Positions 13,195 through 57,897 of a DNA stretch of 64,000 nucleotides are shown piece by piece. The translations under genes and the position numbers were made by a program. The notes under the pieces were generated by a model. That model was not told the origin of the DNA, ran no database searches, and saw nothing but the letters and a program-made list of their open reading frames with translations. The stretch is from Amoebidium appalachense (lineage: Eukaryota > Protista > Ichthyosporea). Numbering within the stretch: position 1 is the first letter of the stretch; each line of letters opens with the position of its first letter. The stretch covers positions 6,753,034-6,817,033 of the forward strand of contig CAVNZM010000017.1 of assembly GCA_963693365.1 (NCBI GenBank). Direction: 5' to 3'.

Positions 13195-14669
13195 GTTTGG
13201 GGGGTGGAGGGTAGGGTGGGGGGATATTTACGGGTGCTGCCGGTGCAACTGGTGCAGGTGTTGGTGCTGGGGGGGCTGCGGCGGCAGGGGCAGGGGTGGG
13301 GGCAGGGGCTGAGGGGGCAGGGGCAGCAGCAGGCTTGGCCGGGGCATCGCCAGAGTCGGCGTAGGAGGCAAAGGCAGACACATCACCCTTATCCTCTACG
13401 ATGATGCAGAGACCCTTTTTTTGGGGGGGGGGGGTTAGAATGCAGAAAACGGTATGAAGTACAATTACACGATGAGAAACACTGTGCAGAACACAGACAA
13501 AAGCAAACATCCAAGTATGCAACACCAGCAACACGCGCAGTATGTAATATAAGCAGAGCCCATTCCCTGGGGTGGGGTGGGGGTGGGGGGGGGGGGGGGG
13601 GGGGGGGGAGGGTGTACTGTACAGTGGCTTTGTAACGGTTACATATTACAGAAGTGACATAAAAGGATACAAGAAAATCGGCAAAAGAAGAACAACCCAT
13701 CGTCAGGAGAGTTACAAAAGGGTGGGGTAGAAAGGGTGGGAGGAGGAGGAGGAGGAGGAGGTGGTGGTGGTGGTGGTGGGAGGGGGGGGGGGAGGGGGTT
13801 TGAATGCGGAACACAGTACGAAGTACGCATACACGACGAGAAGCATGGTGCAGGACACATGCAAAGGCAAACATTCAAGTATGCAACATCAGCCATGCGC
13901 ACATTATGCGTCATAAGCAGAGCCCATCCTCAGGGAGGGGGAGGGAGGGGGGGAGGGGGGGGGGGGGGGGGGGGGGGGGGGAAGAATGGGATGGGGTGGG
14001 GTGGGGTGGGGTGGGGTGGGGTGGGGGTGAGGGGAGGGGGAGGGGAGGATTCCGGAAACAATTCAAACACTGTGGCAGAAGATTTCAAAAGACGTTGTTG
14101 CATGAAGGGAAAGGATACGATGCATGCGAGGAGAAGGAACACACCGGTTCTATAGCCACAAAGGTTCTATAGCCTGTATGTGTATATATGTGAGCGCACG
14201 CGGACAGCCGTGTATGTGTGTGTGTTTCAGTGTTTGTGGGGGTGTATGTGCATGGGTGCATGGGTGTCTCTGTGTCTGTTATCACTCTCTCTTTTTCTCC
14301 TCCCCCCTCCCCCCCTCTCTCCCAATATGTGCTTGTGCGCGGGCACTGTGAACGTATATGTACATGCATGTATGTCTGCGTGTAAACATGCATGTGTGTG
14401 TCTGTGTGCGCATGTGTCTGCGTGTGCCTGTGTGTGTGCATGCATACGGCTGTGTGCCCCCACCATGTGGCCATGTATCCCTCATGCCCACCTTGCCCAC
14501 AGGCACATCCTTTGTTCCAGCAGGCACCAATATCTTAGCCATGAACCCGTCATCACTGGCCTCAAACTCCATTACCGCCTTGTCTGTCTCGATCTCCGCA
14601 ATCACATCACCTGTGCTCACCTGTTCACACCGTGTGTGAAATTGGTGGGGTGAGGGGTGACACAACGGC

Positions 14670-14726
<57 letters not shown>

Positions 14727-16206
14727 CCCTCCCCCCCCCCTCCCTCCCTCCCTCCCTCCCTCCCTCCCTTCCCCCCCCCCCCTTCCCTCTCTCCCCCCCT
14801 CCCTCCCTCCCCCTCCCCCCCCCCCCCCCCCCCCCCTCCCTCCCCTCTTCCCCCCCCTCCCTCCCCCTCCCCCCCCCCCCCCCCCCCCCTCCCTCCCCTC
14901 CCTCCCTCTCTCTCTCTCTCTTCTTCTTCTTCTTCTTCTTTTTTTTTTTTTTTTTTTGGGGGGGGGGGGGGGAGGTACGAAGTACACATCCACGACGTAC
15001 AAACTGCACATAAAAACCATAATACATCATGACATGCCCATCCTCACAGGAGGCTCAAGTCATCTACAGTACCAGAGTTTGTGATTGGAGGGATAAAGGG
15101 GGAAGAGGAGGTGGGGGGGGGGGGGGGGGGGGGGGGGGGGGAGGGGGGGGGGGGGGGGGAAGAGGGGACACACAGAACCCTTACAAGGATGATCAACGAT
15201 GGACCTTGCATCATGTCACAGACCTTTACATATAATCAATAAGTAGCCACTGTGGGTCGGGGGCAGGGATGGTCGTGTGTGTGTGTGTGTGTGGGGAGGG
15301 GGGGGGGGAGGGGGAGGGGGTGGAGGGTCCGGTGGGGAGCGGGGGGGGGGGGGGGGGGGGGGAGGAAGAGGAGGGGTAGAAGGCAATGAGGGTTGATACA
15401 TGCAGAAGCAGAGAGAAGAGTGATGGGCATGTGTGTGCGTACCTCATCCCCCTCCTTCTTCATCCAGTTTGCAATGTTGCCCTGGGTCATGGTGGGGGAC
15501 AGTGCAGGCATGGCAATCTTCTTGTGTGACGGCAGGTCTGCAAGTAGCAGTAAGTCTCATATGCATATGTCTAAAAGCACTACAACCATCACTAGATATC
15601 GAAACTTTGAAAGAGAGGGGGAGGGAAGGGGGGAAGGGGGGGTGGGGATGGGTGGGTGGGTGGGTGGTGGTGGTGGTGGTGGCGATGGTGGTGGTGGTGG
15701 TGGTGGTGGGGGGGGGGGGGTAGAATGTGTTACAAGCTTCGAAGTGCGCCGGTCTCTATTATTGGTTCCGATCGAAAACGGTGTAAACGGGTTACCCATA
15801 TAAGGCAACTGTGCAAAATCGAAAAAGGTTAAAGTCCCGGTAAGTATTCATGACGGACAACCCAAAGCAGATTTCAAAGAAAAACAGAAGAACGTGCATC
15901 ATAAGATTAGCCCATCCTTGGGGGGCATATGATGAAGTAGAAAAATACCCTTCAAGACCCCCACACCACTCACACAGTGTCCCCACCACATACACACAGA
16001 CAACAAACACAATGAAACACAAAACTAGTGCCAATCATGCACCCCTGACACCGCGTACATGTGCGCAGAACCACATGGAACAGAGACACACACTAACACA
16101 CAGGCCATAGGGCATGCCATGTGTGTACCCTTCAACGGCGGAAAAATGACCATCCAAACCAGTGCTCTTCAATCATCATATCCTTCTTTTTTTTTTTCCC
16201 TCCATT

Positions 16207-16246
<40 letters not shown>

Positions 16247-16561
16247 CCCACAAGTGACGTACCATATCTGGCAAGGGATGCCCGGAAGTGACGGGTGGCA
16301 ATGACAGCGCCCAGGCCAGAAAGACTGAGGAATGTGGGGGTGGTGAGAAGAGAAGGGAGGGGGGGGGGGGGGGGGGGGGAGCGGGGTGATGCCCGAGCAG
16401 CTATCAGGTGAACGATACTAAGTTAGCACCGTGAGAACAAGCAATGCATGTAAAACACCTTTCGACTATGCATGGTATGACCAGAACGCACGGTGGATCT
16501 TAGAAACGTCAAGGGGCTTGATCATATGTGTGCTTGTGCAACGACGCGTTATTCCAAAAAC

Positions 16562-16628
<67 letters not shown>

Positions 16629-17465
16629 TGTGTCTGTGTGTGCATGTGTATGTGTGTATGTGCAAGCAGATGTGTGCGTTATGTGCGTGTGTTTGACCCT
16701 GTGTGTAAACAGAAAAAGGCTATGGGCACAAAACAAAAGAAAACAAAAAACAGATACACAGTTTCAAACACCCTTTAGGCAGTATCTAGCACGATAATTA
16801 TGAGACACGTGGGAGCGTGGATTTCTTACGCTCACGAGTCGATACGCCACACTGAAGGAATTAATGCCGGAGGGAACCGGGAGGAGGGAAAGGGGGAGGC
16901 GGGGGAGGGGAGACAGAGAAAGGGAGAGGGAGAAGGGGGGGGGGGGGGGGGGGGAGAAGCAGTGGAGGCAAGCCCGCACCCGCTCCGACTCAATAAGCAG
17001 CACCAACTTTCTGTTCCACACAGTCTTTTTTCCACTGTTCCACTGTGAACACACCCATGTATGTGCCGTGCACGGCAAACCACAAACGTGCACTGGATTA
17101 CGGGCACGCATCAACACGGATTACCAACCTACCCGCCCACTCACACCGCAAATACTCCAGCTAACGCTCACCTCCAGCTCCACCCCACCACCACCCACCA
17201 GCATGCTTGGGAATTTAAATTTAATGCACACATAATAATAATAATTAAATGCACACATAATAATGATAATTAAGGCACACGTACACGTGCCTGGGTACAC
17301 CCTCCACCCCGACACACAGCCACACCTGCTTGCTGCAGCACGTGCCGTTGCAGTGTGTGTGGCCCCAACACGTGCGCACGTGGTCAGCGTGGCCTTGGCA
17401 AGCGCGGGTGCCTGTCTGCGGGCCAGCCCGGCCACCAGCCGCTGTGTCACTCTTGCTGCCTGCAT
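8103..17465 (-). CDS. DLAT: Dihydrolipoamide S-acetyltransferase (pyruvate dehydrogenase E2), mitochondrial; 12 exons, ~495 aa, single lipoyl domain
   Basis: Phase-consistent GT-AG exons: 17465-17326, 16324-16263, 15537-15443, 14620-14492, 13414-13232, 12537-12461, 11979-11912, 11184-11096, 10769-10684, 9891-9675, 9039-8832, 8236-8103 (1488 nt). Motifs: Arg-rich targeting peptide (..[10 protein letters not shown]); lipoyl domain [20 protein letters not shown]; Ala/Pro linker; E1/E3-binding domain [22 protein letters not shown]; catalytic core [44 protein letters not shown]. Confidence 0.97.
11665..11750. repeat. 19-bp perfect minisatellite TCCACCAACATGCTCATTA, ~4.5 copies
   Basis: Visible tandem array in a DLAT intron. 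Confidence 0.95.
13432..13935 (-). repeat. Two diverged copies (13432-13572, 13795-13935) of a ~140-bp intronic dispersed repeat flanked by G/C homopolymers
   Basis: Shared GGTT(A/T)GAATGC..GTA(C/T)GAAGTAC..ACACGA(C/T)GAGAA..GTGCAG..GCAAACAT(C/T)CAAGTATGCAACA..TAAGCAGAGCCCAT. Further copies lie in reverse orientation at 44184-44295 and 47938-48000. Fragments occur at ~10205, ~14973 and ~54420. Confidence 0.85.
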
Positions 17466-19197
17466 TGTGCCTGGGGCGGAGGGGGGGGGGGGGGGGGGGA
17501 AGGGGGGAGGGGGGGGAGGGGGGAGGGGGCGAAGACTCAGTGAGAACCACAGAGGGAGGAAGTGGTGGAAGGATGTGTCCGCAGTGCAGGCTTGTAAACG
17601 TAAGATATAATAAGTGGAATGCAGCGGGGGAAGGGGACGCATAAATTTGCAGTATGAGGGGTTGAGAAACTCTGCCTGCTGTCTGTGGTAGGGAGGGCCC
17701 TGTGTCTTGGAAACTCTGTCGGTATGTTGCAGGCAACCGTTATGAGTGCCTAAATAAAATGTTGTCACACCTGGCCCCAATAAGCATTTAGTGTACATGT
17801 CTGCTTGGGGAGGTGGAAGCAGTTCATTGAAGGCCCAACCTTTTCCCGCCAAGTTAGGACGACAACAACAAATAATGTGGTGCAAAAAAAAAAGTGAAGT
17901 GGGCGGGAGCGAGTTGACTAATGCACATGGGAGTAAACCCTTGCTTTGTTTCAAAAGCTTTCCACACCCTGCAGTACCTCAAAATAGCAGTCGCGTATAT
18001 CTCCTGTGTTCCTTGGTAGGATTGGATGTTTTGAAACGGCCCACGCGAGGAGAGAGTGAGGCTGGCTGGGTTGAAAAAAAACGAAATCCAAAAGCTTTTT
18101 CAGGCTGCAGTGCGGCAGTGGCGCAGAGCAGCGTTGGATAAAGTTTTGGAACAAACACCATATATGGCAGGCATTCAAGAATTCCGTTTACCAATGAAAT
18201 CACCTCAACAATAGCCATATAAAGAGATGAAATATATAAATCAATAATACGTTGTCATAAAGATGTATATATGGTCTATAAAGTGCAACGATTTAACAAT
18301 AACATATTTTATAACTGCTATTTAGTAATTCTATGAACAATACGTGCTGTTATTAGATGGCCGCAATGAATCTTGATTTATTTACTTTTACTTCGCTCAG
18401 ATTCTGGCCAAAGATGCACCCAATCATTGTAATCCAGCCTTTCTTGCGATCCGCCAATCATGTGCCGGCAGCAGAAAGTGGCGCGTGATTACACACCTGA
18501 ACACACGCACGTGTATGAATGGGTGTCCTATGAGGCCCTATGAGTGCTGTTAGGACTGAGGCATGCTACGGCAGAAAGCGCAGGCTCTCGGAAAGGAAGG
18601 GATGGCTGTGTGGAGGCCTGCTGTATGCAGATAAGTCACACTTTGGGTTGCTTCCCGTCGTATATGCAGCTCACATATGCCAATGGGACGACACAACTTT
18701 ACGGTATCGTCGGACATGCATGCGATGGCATGCAGGCGGCCATGGCGCCGGCCGGCCTACTGATATCACCACAGTCACACGTTTATTACCCCACATGTTA
18801 CACTCACCACGGTGTGTTGCCTGGTAGTACGGTCTCTGGAGCCTTCATGATCATCCTCATCATAGCACAGCAGTTGGACAGTAGAATGCAAAACTTTCTC
18901 CTGGTACGGCCTCTGTACCCCCTCCCCCCTCCCCCCCCCCCCCCCCCCCTGCTCCCTGGATGCTGAGTCCCCCCTCGTCCTCTCCCACCCAACCCCCCCC
19001 CCCCCCCCCCTCTTCCCCCCGCCCCGGGGGGCCGCTCAACCCGGCTGCTGGCCCCCCCAACGATATCCCCCCGGCCACCCCTCAGGCATCTATTAGCACC
19101 GGCCAGCAGGACCCAAATACCTCTCTACGTCTGGGAGAAAACGGGCGCCGGCCACGTGCCACTGTGGGGGTGGAGGCCGGTGAGGTGGTGGGGGGGA

Positions 19198-19228
<31 letters not shown>

Positions 19229-19354
19229 ATCGCCTGCCCAGTACTGGTTGGCCCAGTGAAGTATTACTTATCGTATTTAATTTAATAGTGGGTATCACGG
19301 TACATATACATGTGTGCACATAGATCTAGAACAGGACCGGCGCCAAACCACATT

Positions 19355-19615
19355 ATGTATTCTACAAAAGCTGAGAATATTTTGCAGAATTATGCAGCGA
19401 AAGCCGAGAATCATTCTGCCTGGAGCAGAAATATTCTGTTTCCACCTTTGTAACAAAATATTCTTAAACCTTCTAAAGGCAGAAGTGTTGTGTTTTGACC
19501 AGAGTTTCCCGAAGCTCTAAATACAGCAGAATATTCTGCAAAAGGCAGAATGATATTCTGCAAAAGCGGAATTATTCTGCAGAAGCTGAATTGTTCTGCA
19601 GAAACCAGAATCATT
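19355..19615. repeat. Cluster of degenerate palindromic GCAGAA(T/A)..ATTCTGC motifs
   Basis: About 8 variants within 260 bp, including a perfect GCAGAATATTCTGC at 19526-19539. Confidence 0.8.
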
Positions 19616-20302
19616 ATTAATTGCGCGATATGATGCTGTCGATGTGGCTGGGCCCTACTAGTACCTACACAGACAGTATGGCATGCAGTAGCCTACTTAG
19701 CTAGGTAACTTAACTAATGTTGATATCTCAAGTTACCGGTTTGGATTGAATTTCATTAATATGCTTTATCAGAAGCTATGTATGTACGCCGCCGGCTGGG
19801 TGGCAGTGAGTCAGTGATGATAATAGTAATGAGGAGGATGGCAATGATGCACATATGAAGTATGTAATCTAATTGATGTTATGGCAGCCGCCTTTGGGTC
19901 AAAGTAAGCGGTGGGATCGGATCCCCCCCCCCCTCCCCCCCCCCCCTCCCCTCCCCCCCCCCCCCAACCCACCCACCCACAACCTGTTAGTCTTGAGGGG
20001 GAGGGGGGGGGGGGGGACTTCAAATAACCATGCAGTTGGTATCGACTACCTCCCCTTCTAAATTCAGGGCCGAAAACTAATAGCTACCACGGTCCTTGAT
20101 GTATGAATCAGCTTCAAGTGGTGCTACATGCAACACACAGCGCCGTACTTGCCATGATGATGTGACGTCTGGCCATGGGCTGAAATGCTTTGCTGTCTAG
20201 TATTGCTGGTTCAATTGGGTTAGAGTCTCCACACGCCGTTAAACGGGCAAAGTTTGTAAAAAGACGGGGAGATGGAGAGGGGCAATTTTTCGTTTCTTTT
20301 TT

Positions 20303-20335
<33 letters not shown>

Positions 20336-20466
20336 GGTTTTTTTTCCGGGGGGAGGGGGGGGGGGGGGGGGGCAGGGAGGGGGGGGGGGGGGGGTCTCCC
20401 TCACTTAACGACCTCTGTGGTTTTCTTGGGGAGAGGTTGACACTGAGGACCCACCACGTGCAGCCA

Positions 20467-20508
<42 letters not shown>

Positions 20509-21688
20509 GAAAACCCCACACGGTCACCCCCAACGAACCCGCCCGGCCCATGCACTAACCAACAGGGTATCGATCCTCTTTCTCTATCTCGACTGGGGCC
20601 TCCCGCGGCGAGGCTTACTTGTTGCCTACTCTTTCCATCATATCATCCGGTGTCCGTGGCCCCCGGGCCCTCCAATGGTTACCCTTCCCTGCTCTCCTCT
20701 AGGAAACTTTCCCAACCCCAACTGGGCATTTCCTGCCAAACCTCCCTCAAACACTGTCCCGCACAATAACCTCATGTGCCAAATCCCCCCCCCCCCCCCC
20801 CCCCGGCGGCGGCCTTCCACCCCCCCCTCTGCCCCCTCCACACACACCCACACAGGCACACACCCGGTATTAATACACACGAACACCGCACACAGAGAGC
20901 CTCAGAACTCTTCTGTATAGGTCACGTATGGTGCCGCGTCCGTCCCAAGGCCACATGTGCACATACGGCCACACACACACACCGCCGCACACAGTACATA
21001 CTGTCAGAATGTTACACGGGTGCACGAGAATCGGCATTGTGTCATCTCTAAGTAACTAGGCAGTATCGCAATATCACCGTTGGAACCAGAATGGGCCTGA
21101 ACAAACAAAAAAGAAAGAAAGAAATAAAGTTGAAAATGTAAAAGTCTGGGAGCCAGAAAGGCGAGGTTGGAAAAGATTAAGAACCGGGAAGGGAAACAAA
21201 GCAAATTGAAAAAACGAGGCTGTTTTGGAAGGCTTCGCAAATTTCTATGCGCTGGCAAAGTATCATCCCTAAGGCATGGTGGCCCACTCCCGTTTGCACC
21301 AGCCCCTACATGTTCACGTCACTCGCAACTTGGGTACAAACGTTAGTAAACCCTGTTCTCTCTGGTTATTTAATTTGGCTGGTATCATGCGCCCCATGCG
21401 ATGGTTAGCCATCTGTTACTCAATCAGGTCACACAGTATTTAGGTTTTTTTTTTGGTACGTCCGGTAACTTTTTTTTTTTTTTTTTTTTTTTTTTTGGCC
21501 ATTCTTGGGTGATGGTGAATGGAAAGCACACACCAGAAAGTTGTGTGAATTCATATTTCACTTAGCAATACGGATTTCAGACTGGGCTCTTTGAGAAAAC
21601 TTTGCCAAATGCCACGACAACCATGATGAATGGCATTTGGCAAGTTTCCATACGATAGTATTCCCCCCTCCCCCCCCCCCCCCCCCCC

Positions 21689-21728
<40 letters not shown>

Positions 21729-22345
21729 GGGGCCCCACCACCACCACCACCACTGCCACCACCACCACCACCACCAACTCAAGCTTTAGCCAGTTTAGCT
21801 CCGGTACAGACACCGTGGTAGTATTAAGTGACCGTTGGTGCAAATGTCCAATCCTACCGTGCATGAGTGAGGCATTAAATTTTTTCGCCTCTGCACACCC
21901 CCAAATGTAAACCACGGCAATAATGTTGTTGTACTTTTGTTTCCGCCGACCTCTACTTGTGTCATACTTCAGTTTTTTACGTGTGGAATCTGTTAAACAG
22001 TAGTCACGTACAAATGTACTTCACCTTTTTCATGCGGATGAAAGGTTAATGCGACCGGTCTACGAAGTACATGAACTTGTGACATATAAATGCACTAACA
22101 AACGAAGGAATCAGCTTGAATCAATCCGCCTAAAACAAAGGCGCACTGCACTGCACAACTAAGTGCTGCCTAGGCTATCGCCACGGCCGGTTGTGGTACT
22201 TCTTGATATCTGCTCATAGGGCATGCCTTCTAGCATCCATGTCACAAATAGGGTGCTCCCTGCTCTACAATCCGACTATGTTCGTGTGTGCGCGTACGAT
22301 ATGTATGTGTGCGTAGGAGTTGGGCGGATTTTTTTTTTTTTTTTT

Positions 22346-22384
<39 letters not shown>

Positions 22385-22644
22385 GATCGTTAATGGAAAG
22401 AACAGGAAAGCAAGGCGTGTATCATGCCGATTCGTTGGTAACACGGTTAATTAGTACGGACATGGCAGGGACGTTTTCTTTCCTCTCTTCCTTCCTTCCT
22501 TCCTTCCTTCCTTCTTTCTTTTTCTTTTTCTTTTTTTCTTTGTGTGTGTGTGTGTGGGGGGGGGGGGGGGAGGGGGGGGGGGGGGGGGAGGGGGGGTTGG
22601 TGGTGGTGGTGGTGGCGGTGGTGGTACGGTTGTGGTGGTGGTGT

Positions 22645-22723
<79 letters not shown>

Positions 22724-23622
22724 GGGGGGGGGGGGGGGGACTCTAATTGGCCATTATTTACCCAGTTTAAATCCCTCCGGCTCAGCCATAAAGCAAACAA
22801 GCTTGGTGTTGATTGGTGTACGGCTAAGGCTCACATGCCAGCTCGTATCTATCAAAAAATACAGACAAGCATTGGCCATGCCGTTTATGTTGGAAAAAAC
22901 ACAGCACGTCATGACTGAGCCAACTCTTTATGGCAATATTGTATAAGCACATGAGCAATGTGCTCTCTAGCCCAACTGCCATTATGCCGAATTCTTTTTA
23001 CTTCCTAACGCTTCTAGCTCTCACATTGCGTCCATAGCAAACATCATCCGTTCATACACAGAGCAGAACCCATGCCGTGTTTTGTAAACACACACACGAA
23101 TAACAAGTGCAAAACACATGTGCCTAAGCTCATAATGTGCTCTCACGACAAAAAGCACTTTGTTTTTGAACCATTCGCATCGCATCAATCGAAACCCACC
23201 AACCCTTATATTATAATTTGAAGCCAACCGTGTTCTCTATCCAGCAGAATCATCTATTTGTTGGCGACAAACACACACGAAAGGTCATATCAGTTCAAAA
23301 TGTCTTATGAAAAGGGTTGACAAACATTCAAGTTAACCAGATAACGATTACTGTCAAACATAATCATCAAACCAATCTGGTGTCAGATCTTGCTAACCAT
23401 TGGGTCATTCGATACTGATTGAACTTCGTTTGTACTCTACTTCAAGGCCCATATTGCAAGATATGCACAATCACCGACAGGACACTTAGCGGCCTTATTG
23501 TTACTAAATTTTGCCATTCGCAATCACACGCTCTACCGTGCTCCTAATATCGTAACACCATTTCTAAATATGGAAATACCACAACCTCGCCTACACAGCC
23601 CCCAAGACCACAGACCCCAAAC

Positions 23623-41057
<17,435 letters not shown>

Positions 41058-42156
41058 AGTGGCTGATAAAAGTGGAAACACGACGCAGAGGGTATTAGAA
41101 GAGCAAGCCTATGAGTTTATAAGTAGTATCAAGCGTGACGTGCCGTGGCAGTGTTTCAGATCTTGTGAAGGGCAACCGCGGATGGCACAACGTGCTGCGG
41201 ATCTAAAGCTGACCAAAACTGGGTTGTTATTCAGGAAACGGTCAAGTTTTGCAGCAGGTAGGAAATAAGCATACCAATTGAATATATAATTGACCACACT
41301 AAACTTGTTGTGAGTAAGTTTATGTTTTCTCTATGAAGATCCCATGCTTCGAATCAACGAGTCCTGTCACAAAGTTTCATTTCAACAAGTCGGACTCCAG
41401 CTGCTGTTTCAGTCGGACTGATGCCGCACCAGGCTGCTGGTGCTGATCTAAACAAGATGAGCCTGATTAACCATAAAAAGGTATTTATGGTGTGTTATTA
41501 TTGGCGTATGATTCAAAAGGCGGTGCGCTTTTAGCCAATAACCACGCTAAAGTATGGGTACCCAACCTTCACCTTGAATACATGATATAGCACTTATACC
41601 TGTTGCACAGCACACCAAAACCCCCGGTACTATTTATAATCGGGAAGCTTCTGGATGACAGTTTTCAAGAATATTTCAAACTCTACTTGAAAGTATTTGT
41701 GTCTATTGCAGCAACATTTTTTAGGACCGGTCCTGATGAAATACCAACTTTGTAACACGTTGAAGCTTGATGTTGAGTGGATCATCACCTAGGTGTATAA
41801 GGTCAGGCGACAATATCCAGGATCTTTTGCGCGCCAAAATTGATGTCGCGGCAGGCTGGCGTTGCAGCTGCACACATGCACTTGAGAAAACAGCTTACAC
41901 CGACACGCACATTTTTAGGCCTAAACATCCATCGGTATATGCCGTGTGTTGGCGAAGGAAAAGCACACGAACTGATTTGTTACGGACACACATAATAGCT
42001 TGCTGAGCTACAGTTGGCAGAAGCCCTCGCCACTCCTGGCACGGGTATTTGTAGTGAGGCTCGCCCGTGAGACCCAGAACGTTTGGCTCTGTTCGTTCGT
42101 TCTGGCTGGGCTGGACGGCACACACCACCTCAGCGAGGAGGCTTGCGGCCAGGAAG
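41058..42156. promoter_or_regulatory. Probable bidirectional promoter / 5' UTR region between the divergent RhoGEF and Nup85 genes
   Basis: A ~1.1 kb microsatellite-free spacer lies between two divergently oriented start codons. It contains opposed CCAAT boxes (ATTGG ~41500, CCAAT ~41535) and TTTGCGCGCCAAA at 41826-41838 (E2F-type TTTGGCGC on the - strand). Confidence 0.5.
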
Positions 42157-57270
<15,114 letters not shown>

Positions 57271-57897
57271 ACAGGGCAACACCTGCATGAGTGCTATGTG
57301 TGGTGTGGGCTGCCGCTGGTCGGCTGTGTAAGTGTAGGCGGTAAAGAGAGTGTGAGAGGGTGCTGGTACGCCCATATTCATCATATTCATCACAGTATCC
57401 CCTGTGGTGTGCCTCATGCAGTCAATAAGTTTAGCAACCAGCCATGCTTTGTGTGGACATGGGCAGCACCGCGTTTCGAAGTTAGTTTGTGAGGAACTCT
57501 GTCAGCACTGGTTACGTTGGTCAGATAGTTTTGCGGCAGCCAAATAGCCACGATGCGTGATGGGCCAATCGGAATGTCCCATTTTGTTTACACTTGCATA
57601 TATATCCAGGGAACTGCGTCGACTCAGTACAGGCCTAGGTGGACGTCTCAAGCTCCCAGTTCAGAGTGCCCAATAGTTAGCTGTGAATATGTGCCCCGAG
57701 CTGTCAAGGTCTCAGCCGCCTTTGTATATGCCCTTACTAGTACTAATATTAACATAGGCTAGATCGTATCCAGTTTTAGTTCGTGTTTTTTTTTCTTTTC
57801 TTTTTTTTTCTTTCTTTACTTTCTCTACTTAGGCATCGGCCTTTACTTAGGCATCCACCTCTACTTAGGCCCCTTGAGGGGCAGCTAGAACCCACCC

